In this document: piece after piece, positions 10,612 to 20,383 of the stretch | Layout of the letters: each line of letters starts with the position of its first letter | Numbering within the stretch: position 1 is the stretch's first letter | Assembly: GCA_963733675.1 (NCBI GenBank) | Contig: CAVTET010000004.1 | Coordinates: 192,001-256,000 of the forward strand | DNA from: an uncultured Methanosarcinaceae archaeon | GTDB lineage: Archaea; Halobacteriota; Methanosarcinia; Methanosarcinales; Methanosarcinaceae | DNA: 64,000 nt | Reading direction: 5' to 3' | The notes under the pieces: model-generated | Seen by the model: the letters and a program-made list of their open reading frames with translations, nothing else | Told to the model about the DNA's origin: nothing | Database searches by the model: none | Position numbers and translations under genes: made by a program

Positions 10612-11859
10612 ATGACTGAACAATCCGCACATCAAAAGTATGAATTTAAGAAGAAGCTTGAAAGTCTCAGGGATAAGAAAGGAAGAAGTACTGAGCTGAT
10701 TACTCTTTATATTCCTCTAGACAAACAAATTTTTGATGTTACAAACCAGTTGAAAGAAGAGCATGGACAAGCTGCAAACATTAAGTCCAAGCTTACCAGG
10801 ACGAATGTACAGGGAGCCATAGAATCTCTTTTATCAAGGCTGAAATATCTTGACAAAGTGCCTGAAAATGGTATAGTATACTTTACAGGGGCTGTGGACA
10901 TTGGGGCCAACAAAACCAACATGGAAAGTGAGGTGATAATTCCTCCGGAACCAATTATAGCTTACAAATATCACTGCAATTCCACCTTTTACCTCGAGCC
11001 TCTTGAAGATATGCTCAAGGACAAAAATACCTTTGGGCTTTTGGTTCTGGATCGCAGGGAAGCTACTGTAGGATTGCTGGTTGGTAAGCGAATACAAGCC
11101 TTCCGCCATCTTACTTCCACGGTTCCGGGGAAGCAGAGGAAAGGAGGGCAGAGTGCCCACCGTTTTCAGCAGCTCAGGCTCATTGCTATCCATGATTTTT
11201 ATAAAAAAATAGGCGCTGCTGCAAGTGAAATATTCCTTTCCATTGACCATAAGGATTTGAAAGGCGTCCTTATAGGTGGGCCTTCTCCGACAAAAGAAGA
11301 GTTTTACGCAGGGGAGTTTCTGCACCATGAGCTCCAGAGGAAAATCATCGGACTATTTGACATATCTTACACAGATGAATCCGGACTTCCCGAACTGTTG
11401 AATGCTGCAGGGGAAAAGCTCCAGGATCTTGAGCTTATGGGGCAAAAAAATGCTGTCAAGGCCTTTTTCAAAGAACTTATTTCTGACTCAGGAAAAGTAG
11501 CTTATGGGGAAACTCAGGTTCGGGCAAACCTCGAGATTAATGCTGTTGAAATGCTCTTACTCTCCGAAGATCTACGGGCTGAAAGGGTGACCACGAAATG
11601 CAGCGTATGTGGATACGAGAATAAATGGACGAGGCGCTGGAAACCAGGTGAATCTGCTCCTACAGCCGGAAACTGCCCAGAGTGCGGTTCTTCCATTGAT
11701 GTAACAGATGTAACTGATATAGTTGATGAACTATCAGCGCTTGCTGACAAAAGCAATGCAAAGGTTACTTTCGTGTCTACAGACTTTGACGAAGGTTCAC
11801 AGCTCATGAATGCTTTTGGAGGCATTGCTGCAATCCTGAGGTACAATACAGGGGTCTGA
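10612..11859 (+). CDS. prf1: Peptide chain release factor aRF1
   Basis: NIKS, YxCxxxF and GGQS motifs; C-terminal Zn ribbon. Confidence 0.97.
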   Translation: MTEQSAHQKYEFKKKLESLRDKKGRSTELITLYIPLDKQIFDVTNQLKEEHGQAANIKSKLTRTNVQGAIESLLSRLKYLDKVPENGIVYFTGAVDIGANKTNMESEVIIPPEPIIAYKYHCNSTFYLEPLEDMLKDKNTFGLLVLDRREATVGLLVGKRIQAFRHLTSTVPGKQRKGGQSAHRFQQLRLIAIHDFYKKIGAAASEIFLSIDHKDLKGVLIGGPSPTKEEFYAGEFLHHELQRKIIGLFDISYTDESGLPELLNAAGEKLQDLELMGQKNAVKAFFKELISDSGKVAYGETQVRANLEINAVEMLLLSEDLRAERVTTKCSVCGYENKWTRRWKPGESAPTAGNCPECGSSIDVTDVTDIVDELSALADKSNAKVTFVSTDFDEGSQLMNAFGGIAAILRYNTGV

Positions 11860-12106
11860 TTTCGCTAATGCGGCCTGTCCCCCATATCAAGCACCTTTTT
11901 ACCCAATACTTTTTAATGGAACTGCCCTTAGATCAGTGGATCAAAATTTAGTAAATAAATAATTTTTTCATTATTTTCTGGGTTTTGATTGATTGCAGTC
12001 AATTGCCAATTAATTAATGGTGAATTTTTAATATTCCAGAGGATATTAAAAAATCTCTAAATTAATGTTGTTATATTATTTTCATAGTTGTTAAAGGTGA
12101 TTTATC

Positions 12107-13816
12107 TTGTTCATGGAACTCAAAGCTCAGGCTGTATCAATTTTAAAAGATGCTATCCAAAAAATCGGATTTGATGTTAAGGATTCCGAACTTTATTTTG
12201 AAACTTCTTCTCATGCCGACCTTGCAAGCAGAGCTGCCTTCAGGCTGGCAAGCCTTCACAGACAAAATCCCACATACATAGCATCACGCATTGGTTCGGC
12301 AATTAAAATTCCTGCTGGTTCGTATATAGACAAAGTAGATTCCTCGGGTCCTTATATTAATTTCCATGGAGGAAGACATTACTTGAATAGGACTATCGCC
12401 ACAATCCTGGAAGAGAAAGAAAAATTCGGTTGTGGAGCCCAAAAAAATACAATTATCCTTGAACATACCTCAGCAAACCCTAACGGCCCATTGCACGTGG
12501 GACACATCCGTAATTCAATTATTGGAGATACTCTTGCTCGCATTCTCAAGCGCGCAGGGTACAATGTGGAAGTGCAGTACTATGTCAATGATATGGGACG
12601 CCAGATTGCTGTGGTCTCCTGGGCATGTGAACACTTTGAGCTTGACCGTTCCAAAAAACCAGATGCTGCTATTGCTGACATATATATTAAGGCAAACACC
12701 GAATTGAATAAAAATTCAGAATATGTAACTGAAATAGATGTCCTTATGAAAAATGTGGAAGCTGGAGACGTCAAGACCATAGAACGCTTTGATAAGGCAG
12801 TTGCCCTAGCAATTGACGGAATCAAGGAGACTCTTCTTCGGTTAAACGTAGTTCATGATAAGTTCGTCAATGAATCTCGTTTCCTTAAATCCGGAGCAGT
12901 AAAAGGTATCATCGAGCGGATCAAGGCTACTGGAAGGACAAAAATTGACAACGGAGCCGTTGTGGTAAACCTTTCTGACTACGGGTTTGAGAAAACCCTC
13001 GTAATACAGCGCTCAAATGGAACTTCTCTTTACACTACAAGAGACCTTGCTTATCACGAATGGAAAATGGAGCAAGCAGACCGTGTAATTGATGTACTTG
13101 GGGCAGATCACAAACTGATATCTGGCCAACTCAGAGCTACACTGAATGCAATCGGAATAGAGGAACCTGAGATTGTGATCTTCGAGTTTGTATCTCTCCC
13201 TGAAGGCTCAATGAGCACACGCAGTGGCCAGTTCATAAGTGCTGATGACCTTTTTGGCAGGGTCATTGAAGCTGCCCTCAAACAGGTAAATACGCGCCGT
13301 CCGGAAACATCTGATGATTTCAAGAAGGAGGTCTCAGAAATGGTCGGAATAGGTGCAGTGAGATACGATATAGTCAAGGTCTCCCCAGAAAAATCTACCG
13401 TTTTCAACTGGAAAACGGCTCTGGACTTTGAGAAGCAGGGAGCTCCTTATATCCAATATTCCTATGCCAGAGCCTGCAGTATCCTCGAAAAAGCAAAAGA
13501 GGATGCTACCTGGAAATTTTCCTTAGAAATAGATCCCTCCCTACTTGTTGAGGATAGCGAAATAAATCTAATCAAAAAAATGGCAATGTTTGACCATATA
13601 ATAGATCTTGGGGCTCTAGAACTCAAACCTCATGTTCTCGCAATCTATGCTCGCGAACTCGCCGATGCTTTTAATCAGTTCTATCATTTTATTCCGGTCA
13701 TTTCTGCCGAAGATGAAAAAGTCAAGGGTGCAAGACTAGCCCTTGTAGACTGTGCAAGGATTGTGCTTGCAAATTCCCTTGATACTCTTGGAATCGCAGC
13801 CCCTGAATCTATGTGA
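12107..13816 (+). CDS. argS: Arginyl-tRNA synthetase
   Basis: EHTSANPNGPLHVGH (HIGH), MSTRSG and PYIQY motifs; TTG start preceded by AAGGTGA. Confidence 0.96.
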   Translation: MFMELKAQAVSILKDAIQKIGFDVKDSELYFETSSHADLASRAAFRLASLHRQNPTYIASRIGSAIKIPAGSYIDKVDSSGPYINFHGGRHYLNRTIATILEEKEKFGCGAQKNTIILEHTSANPNGPLHVGHIRNSIIGDTLARILKRAGYNVEVQYYVNDMGRQIAVVSWACEHFELDRSKKPDAAIADIYIKANTELNKNSEYVTEIDVLMKNVEAGDVKTIERFDKAVALAIDGIKETLLRLNVVHDKFVNESRFLKSGAVKGIIERIKATGRTKIDNGAVVVNLSDYGFEKTLVIQRSNGTSLYTTRDLAYHEWKMEQADRVIDVLGADHKLISGQLRATLNAIGIEEPEIVIFEFVSLPEGSMSTRSGQFISADDLFGRVIEAALKQVNTRRPETSDDFKKEVSEMVGIGAVRYDIVKVSPEKSTVFNWKTALDFEKQGAPYIQYSYARACSILEKAKEDATWKFSLEIDPSLLVEDSEINLIKKMAMFDHIIDLGALELKPHVLAIYARELADAFNQFYHFIPVISAEDEKVKGARLALVDCARIVLANSLDTLGIAAPESM

Positions 13817-14009
13817 TAAGAAAAAAGTGATAAAAGAGATAAAATAAAAAGTAAAAAATGAATTTTTCTCATCAATTAATAATCTTAATACTATTCCTTC
13901 GCATCACAGTTTACATATAACTAATTTAATGCGATTCACTTGTTATAAATAGTATACCATTCAACTAGTTTTCAACAGGCTTGAAGATAATGATTTGTTA
14001 CGAGTGTAA

Positions 14010-14462
14010 ATGATAAATGAGGAAGTAACGATCCAATGGATTGAGGATATCAACATAATTACAGCGCTGATATCTTTCATTTACCGCTCTATCCATAAGT
14101 ATTTTGCTAGAGAACTTGGTCAGTATCACATTGGATGGGGACATTTCGCTATTCTGATGTCACTGTATGATCAGGAAGACCGTAGCCAGGATAGCCTTGC
14201 ACAATCAAAAGGATTTAATAAAACGATGATTGCCAAATCTATATTGAGACTGGAAGAAGGTATTGTTTACCGTAAAATCGATCCGGAAGACAAACGAATC
14301 AAAAGGCTATATCTTACAGAAATTGGCAGAAAATTGAAGCCGGAGATGGTTAGAATAGAATTTGAGATAAATGCATTTTTGCTTAAGGGTTTTGATTCAG
14401 ATGAATTTTCATCAGCTACTGAGGTCGTTAGGAAGATTGCATTGAATGCAGCTAGACTCTAA
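14010..14462 (+). CDS. MarR-family transcriptional regulator
   Basis: Winged HTH with DPEDKRIKRLYLTEIG wing motif. Confidence 0.88.
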   Translation: MINEEVTIQWIEDINIITALISFIYRSIHKYFARELGQYHIGWGHFAILMSLYDQEDRSQDSLAQSKGFNKTMIAKSILRLEEGIVYRKIDPEDKRIKRLYLTEIGRKLKPEMVRIEFEINAFLLKGFDSDEFSSATEVVRKIALNAARL

Positions 14463-14492
14463 TGAACACACATTCCAAAGATAAAAATTAAA

Positions 14493-14581
14493 GAGGATTT
14501 CGATAAACCTCTGACTTTTTTGAATTATGTATATACAATTTATAGGCATAGGACGAAATATGGGGTTTTATAGAAATCCTC
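14493..14581. mobile_element. ~90-bp MITE, family A, copy 3
   Basis: GAGGATTTCGATAAAC ... GTTTTATAGAAATCCTC. Confidence 0.85.
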
Positions 14582-14617
14582 TAAAATATTATTTAAAATG
14601 AGCTCCAAGCAGCAATA

Positions 14618-14733
14618 AGGACTTACGCACTTAAGAAACAAAATTAAGCATAATATACATCATGATTTAAAATCTATATTAAAGCCGGCTAGGTTTTAGA
14701 GCTGTGATTTTTCAGTCTAACAGGTTAAGTCCT
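14618..14733. mobile_element. 116-bp MITE-like element, family B
   Basis: Terminal inverted repeats AGGACTTA(CGCA) ... TAAGTCCT; no ORF. Confidence 0.6.
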
Positions 14734-14938
14734 GAAGAATATAGTACCTTTGAATGTTTGCAAGTGCTGAAAATGGGACAAATTTATAAATATTGTACCA
14801 GGCCCCAATTATGGGAAATCTTTCTTTTAGAACATTGTGTAGAATTCTTCCTGTAAATCTGTGTATCATAAGAAACTTTTAATATAAAAATTGTCTAAAT
14901 TTAATATTTTTTTAATTGAAAAAACACAAGGATCAATC

Positions 14939-15733
14939 ATGCAAAATATACTTGTAGTCCAATCCCTTACTAAAAAATTTGACGATTTCACCGCTGTAGA
15001 TGACATCAGCTTTAATGTTGAAAAAGGTTCGATATTCGCTTTTCTAGGTCCAAACGGCGCAGGCAAATCCACGACAATAAAAATGCTCACAACAGTCCTG
15101 AAACCCACATTCGGAGAAATAAGCATCAATGGTTTCGATGTGCTCAAAGAACAAAGTAAGGCTCGTGAATCTTTTGGGATCGTCTTCCAAGATAATAGTC
15201 TTGATGAAGATCTTACAGCCTACGAAAACATGGTCTACCATGCAGTTATCTACAAAGTACCTAAAAAAGAAAGAGCAGAAAGGATTCAGAAAGCTCTTGC
15301 TATTGTTGGACTCTGTGATAGATGGAGCGAATATGTCAAAAAGTATTCAGGGGGGATGAAGCGTAGGCTAGAGATTGCGCGGTCATTTGTCCATTACCCT
15401 AAAATTCTTTTCCTAGATGAGCCCACTGTGGGTCTTGACCCCCAGACTAGAAACGCTATATGGAGCCACATCAGAAAATTGAACGAAGAACAAAAAATAA
15501 CGGTTTTTCTAACAACGCATTACATGGAAGAAGCTGAAGCAATTGCAAACAATGTCGCAATCATTGATCACGGTAAAATTATAGAATCTGGCACAGTTGA
15601 GGAAATTAAAAAACGAACCAAAACCGAATTATTAGAGGAGGCATTCCTTAAGTTGACAGGTAGGGATATTCGCGATGATAATAATGGAGCAAATAAACAA
15701 AAAATGATGCGTGGCTTGGGGAGGATGAGATAA
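14939..15733 (+). CDS. ABC-2 (DrrA-like) exporter ATP-binding protein
   Basis: GPNGAGKST, YSGGMKRR and LFLDEPT motifs; start ATG 14939. Confidence 0.93.
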   Translation: MQNILVVQSLTKKFDDFTAVDDISFNVEKGSIFAFLGPNGAGKSTTIKMLTTVLKPTFGEISINGFDVLKEQSKARESFGIVFQDNSLDEDLTAYENMVYHAVIYKVPKKERAERIQKALAIVGLCDRWSEYVKKYSGGMKRRLEIARSFVHYPKILFLDEPTVGLDPQTRNAIWSHIRKLNEEQKITVFLTTHYMEEAEAIANNVAIIDHGKIIESGTVEEIKKRTKTELLEEAFLKLTGRDIRDDNNGANKQKMMRGLGRMR

Positions 15734-16485
15734 TGATCGAAATTGTCTATATACTCTGCCTGAGGCAGTTCAAGCATTATTGGCGCTCCAAGGCTAGATT
15801 AATAGGTTCTCTTGGCCAGCCTCTACTTTTCATGGTAGCATTCGGATTCGGATTTGGTCCAATGTATACCAGAGCTAATGAAGGGGCAAACTACATTGAC
15901 TTTATAGCTCCGGGAATTATCACCATGGCAATTCTCTTTACAGCTGTTTTTTCGGGCCTTGAGATAATATGGGACAGAAAATTCGGTTTTCTTAAAGAGA
16001 CCCTGGTAGCTCCGATATCTAGGACAGAAATCATGATCGGTAAAACATTTGGAGGAGCAATCATATCAATGATTCAGGGCCTAATAATGCTAAGCATAAC
16101 CTATTTGTTTGGGTTCAGGATTCCCAATCTAGGTAGCCTTTGGATGGGGCTAATTTTCATGTTCCTGATAGCTATATTCTTTTCAGGCCTTGGTCTTACA
16201 ATAGCCTCCAAAATGGAAGATATGCAAGGCTTCCAAATGATATTGAACTTCGTGATTATGCCCATCTTTTTCCTATCAGGTGCTTTCTTTTCCCTCAAAG
16301 ATTTGCCGGATTCAATTTATTTAATAAGTAGACTCGATCCACTTACCTATGGCGTAGACGGCCTCAGAGGATCATTGGGCGGAGTAAGCACTTTTGGCAT
16401 CTACAACGATCTGTTAGCAATAGGTTCACTGTCAGTCCTTATATGTGCAATTGGAACAGTGTTTTTTTTGAAAATCGAGGCATAA
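15733..16485 (+). CDS. ABC-2 (DrrB-like) permease
   Basis: About six TM segments, FFLSGAFF and PLTYGVDGLR; coupled to the ATPase gene. Confidence 0.92.
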   Translation: MIEIVYILCLRQFKHYWRSKARLIGSLGQPLLFMVAFGFGFGPMYTRANEGANYIDFIAPGIITMAILFTAVFSGLEIIWDRKFGFLKETLVAPISRTEIMIGKTFGGAIISMIQGLIMLSITYLFGFRIPNLGSLWMGLIFMFLIAIFFSGLGLTIASKMEDMQGFQMILNFVIMPIFFLSGAFFSLKDLPDSIYLISRLDPLTYGVDGLRGSLGGVSTFGIYNDLLAIGSLSVLICAIGTVFFLKIEA

Positions 16486-16597
16486 GCATCCATAGTTACT
16501 CTCCAAAAAACTGGGTTTAAAGGTCCAAAGATTGAAAAACCAAAAAAGGATCAGGAGAGGCAGTAATTTCGATTTGATGTAGTTCCGAGTGACTATT

Positions 16598-16635
16598 GAG
16601 GATTAAAATAAATCTCTGATTTTCACGAGTCATTT
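16598..16635. mobile_element. Truncated family A MITE
   Basis: GAGGATTAAAATAAATCTCTGATTTTCACGAGTCATTT matches the left ~40% of the MITE. Confidence 0.65.
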
Positions 16636-16798
16636 GAGAATTTCGATAAACTCTATCCATTTGACATTGGAAAGCTTAAGTCTTTAACAATAATTTTTAC
16701 TCATGAAAAATTTTACTTATTTTGCTCTTAAAGAAGAATGTAAATATTTTCAGCCAGTTGGAACTAAATTTGCTGAAATCGATTCCTTAATTCCTTGA
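16636..16798 (+). pseudogene. IS left end plus transposase 5' fragment (IS5-like) sharing the family A terminal repeat
   Basis: GAGAATTTCGATAAAC, then ATG 16703 MKNFTYFALKEECKYFQPVGTKFAEIDSLIP*; homologous to 37375-37590 and 53229-53305. Confidence 0.7.
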
Positions 16799-17838
16799 AA
16801 ATCTTTCAGTATCATTTTTGAGTTTTTTTGTCTATGTTTTCGATAACTTGATCATTGCATTTTATACAAAAATATATCGTATTTGACCAATTACATCCCA
16901 GTAAATGCAAAAAAGTATTCTGAAGTACAGAAATATATTAAGTATATTTTGATGCAGGTTAAGTATAAATTAATTAATTGTTATATGACGTCTGGTTGGT
17001 TTGTCAGAAATTGGATAACGGATTTGAAATAGTATAGTAAACTTTAAAAGTTGGCGCCAGAAATTTTATTACCACCTAACATAACACTTTACTGGCGCTA
17101 CTTTCACAATCACCATGGATGACACTTCAATAAAACTATAAATAAAAATACTAATAGAATAATCATTGTCTATTAAATTTAATTTATTTTTTGCATCATT
17201 AAATTATATAATAACTTTTTGGCTTTTTAACATAATAATGGCCTTGCTTGCGACTAACTATTTTCTGTTTATCAGTTAATGTGATACAGCTGATCTTATG
17301 TGTTAAAAAGTTGATTTTCTTGGCTGCAGTTGATCTGATACCTCAACCTGCCGGCAAGTCAACTGCAAGGTACGGGAATACCTATGAATTATAACTAGAT
17401 TTAAAGTATTCTATATCTTTTACATATTGTTGCATATATACTACTTAGTACTAACTTAAACTAATTTATGAAATTTCTGTGGTCTGATCTTTTATATTAG
17501 AAGTGGATCTGTCCTCCCTGCCCTTTTTGAAAAACCGGATTGAATTTTATTATAATCATATAAATATGAATAGATCAAATTCCCATAAATGCATAGTTTT
17601 TGTGTTAAAAGCTCTGAATTTTCGAAGTTACATCCAGAATAAAAAAACATTGAAGATCTGTTACTAATGGAGTTTATGGGACTCCTAAAACATATGGAGT
17701 TCATGGAACACTTGGAACTAATTAGCTTATACCACGATCATAAACAGAAAACAATGAAAAAATAGTTATATAATTTTAGCTATGTATTAAAAATTTTATG
17801 AAGTGCGGTTGATTCTATATCTTTTTCTTCCCGATGAA

Positions 17839-18358
17839 AAACAGGAATTGATCAGTCTGTTAGAAGATAGAGTTAAAGAGGAGGGGAAAATAAGCTTTAA
17901 AGTATTGGGTTGATTATCTTGCTAACTGTATACTCAATATTATATTGTTGTTAACTTCCTGTTAATAGATGGATTCTCTAGATGTAGTTTTAAAAAATTG
18001 GTCACCTAATTCCGAGGCCAATAATGACATTCTTTAAGGTCATCAATATGTCCCATTTCTTTTTTGAGTCTTCTGCATTACTTATCATTAATTATAATGA
18101 AGGACAAAATAATAAGTACCGCAGAAGACTCAAAAAAGAAATGGGACATATTGATGACCTTAAAGAATGTCATTATTGGCCTCGGAATTAGGTGACCAAT
18201 TTTTTAAAACTACATCTAGAGAATCCATCTATTAACAGGAAGTTAACAACAATATAATATTGAGTATACAGTTAGCAAGATAATCAACCCAATACTTTAA
18301 AGCTTATTTTCCCCTCCTCTTTAACTCTATCTTCTAACAGACTGATCAATTCCTGTTT
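17839..18358. repeat. 238-bp inverted repeat with 44-bp spacer
   Basis: 17839-18076 is the reverse complement of 18121-18358; no mismatch found on reading through. Confidence 0.95.
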
Positions 18359-18387
18359 ACAGTATGATACTTAACTTTTGTCTAATT

Positions 18388-18450
18388 TTCACGATTATAA
18401 TGCCGAATGCCCACTGCTTCAGATGTGGGTGATCTACCTTATAATCATAG
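18388..18450. repeat. Imperfect hairpin element with an IS200/IS605-end-like core
   Basis: TTCACGATTATAA..CCCAC-TGCTTCAGAT-GTGGG..TTATAATC; related to 19297-19360. Confidence 0.65.
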
Positions 18451-18736
18451 CAAAATAGATCGCAAGTGAATTTATTGATTTTACCTATGTGTTTTTAATA
18501 TTTTTTTTGCATTTATTGGAATTTCCTATAATATACGAAGTGATCAAGTTTACAGATACATAGACAATAATCTGGTTCTTCGCTATTTTGTGTGAATTAA
18601 AATTAATTATCCAGTAAAGAAGTTATGACACCAACGTGATTAATGCTCTAGGAAAAGATAATGTTAGATTCTGATGACTCCACAAATAGCAACAACAATT
18701 CTTAATATTTATTTGTTTTTTGATTGCAAAAAATTT

Positions 18737-18808
18737 TATGCGAAGTTATTTTTTGTTTAGAAACTATTTTTCTATGCAAGATTATGTTTTATTTAGAAAC
18801 TATTTTTC
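18737..18808. repeat. Imperfect 36-bp tandem duplication
   Basis: TTTAGAAACTATTTTTC at 18756 and 18792; related motif near 20444. Confidence 0.75.
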
Positions 18809-18950
18809 ATATAATTAATTTAAAATAACTTCGAAGATAATTATGTATTGTATCGTATCGTATCACTGGTATCACAGAACGAACAGATCAATAAGAGTGA
18901 AAAGTCACAGCTACAGTAGGACTAAAAAGCAGAGTAGAATAGCTTGGAGG

Positions 18951-18992
18951 ACGTTGTCTTATTTCGAATTAACGTTGTCTTATTTCGAATTA
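18951..18992. repeat. Perfect 21-bp tandem duplication
   Basis: ACGTTGTCTTATTTCGAATTA x2. Confidence 0.9.
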
Positions 18993-19299
18993 AATTTATG
19001 ACTTGTGATATATATTCGAAGTAACTGGATCTGAAGAGACAGTACAGACAACTCTTCCAAGTTTCCATCCAATCTTTTTTAATGCGCTCTATTTGGTAAA
19101 ATGCATAATTTATGCCACAACAAATATGCATATTCTCAACGTCAATTTTCCATTATAATATTTTTCACTATTAAAACCTAACTCACAAGCTTAAAAGTAT
19201 AGAGAAACGCAGAGTCATTTGAATTTAAACAAATTATTTTTCCAGCTCAATTTGCTTTTCTGTTCACAAGTCTTAATACTAAATGTGATTTCATTTTCA

Positions 19300-19357
19300 C
19301 GATTATTAATATAGGATAACCACTGCGTTAGATGTGGTTATCCTATATTAATAATCG
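19300..19357. repeat. Perfect 24-bp hairpin with 10-nt loop
   Basis: CGATTATTAATATAGGATAACCAC-tgcgttagat-GTGGTTATCCTATATTAATAATCG. Confidence 0.92.
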
Positions 19358-19955
19358 CGATACACAATATAGCCCACTTAGTCCATATCGATTTTATAAA
19401 ATTTTCATAACTTCAATACATTTGACTATATTCTTTTTTAAAATTTTCATATCATTAATTTGAGCTTTCCAACGATTGAACTGTATATTCCTTCCAAATA
19501 ATCTCTACTTATCGAACTTGATTGTTCAAAGCATTAATTCCGTCATTTGCTACAGTAATCAGTATCTTCCCGCCTGTTAACTAAACATTAAAAAATCTTT
19601 AACATGGGAATCATTAGGATTATCGGGCTTCATTACATTGATTGAAACAGTAAATTTCATAAATTAGGAAATTGGTAAATTCAGATTTGTTCCATGACCC
19701 AAGAACACGACCTGAATTTGATATGAAATAAACATATGTTGCTTCTTAGAAAGAACTCTATGCTAAATTTAGGAAATTATCTGGAAATAATAAAAACATC
19801 ATTAATATCAAATTGTTGTTCAAAATTAAAATATTTTGTTCAGTAGTAACTTTTATTCCAAACCTATTTTTACAAAATTGATTAAAAATAATTTAGGAAT
19901 TTGGTTACATTTCAACAAAAATTAAGAGTTCCAAAGCAGAAAAGGAGATCGAATA

Positions 19956-20383
19956 AGGGCAACTTTAAAATTTCTGAAGTTTGACACCGATGATGGTGCA
20001 GAAAATAATTTGAATTGATCGCGGGTTTCAGAAAGGAGTAATTGATTAAATTGCACGATGCAGCAATAGCCACCTGGCCTATTGGGAAAAAACCAAAACC
20101 AAAGCATTTGCCTGATTTCCTTTATTCCTTTATTTGGCCTGGTCGCCGGGGCCACAATAGGTGCATTTGCCGGTTCCATGATCTACCTGGGTATTAATGA
20201 AGATTTCATAATATCGATCCGTAAAAAATGACTGAAGGAACTTCAACTCTTTTTCTGATGACTAGCGATGCCGTTGAGGATAGGATAGTAGAAGCTATGA
20301 AACAATCCAAGTTTGAAATTATTGCTATCAACCTAGCCAAGGAAGAAGAGGCCAAACTGCATGCAGTCTTTGCTGAAGAATAA
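19956..20383 (+). pseudogene. DUF1269-like membrane protein pseudogene
   Basis: AGGAGA RBS, start codon lost; broken translation ATLKFLKFDTDDGAE...LHDAAIATWP...FIPLFGLVAGATIGAFAG...EGTSTLFLMTSDAVEDR...LHAVFAEE*. Confidence 0.7.

Noticed and set aside
17047-17104. Imperfect IR AAAGTTGGCGCCAG / CTGGCGCTACTTT
   Set aside because: Single occurrence with a long loop; cannot be distinguished from a chance or relic IS end.
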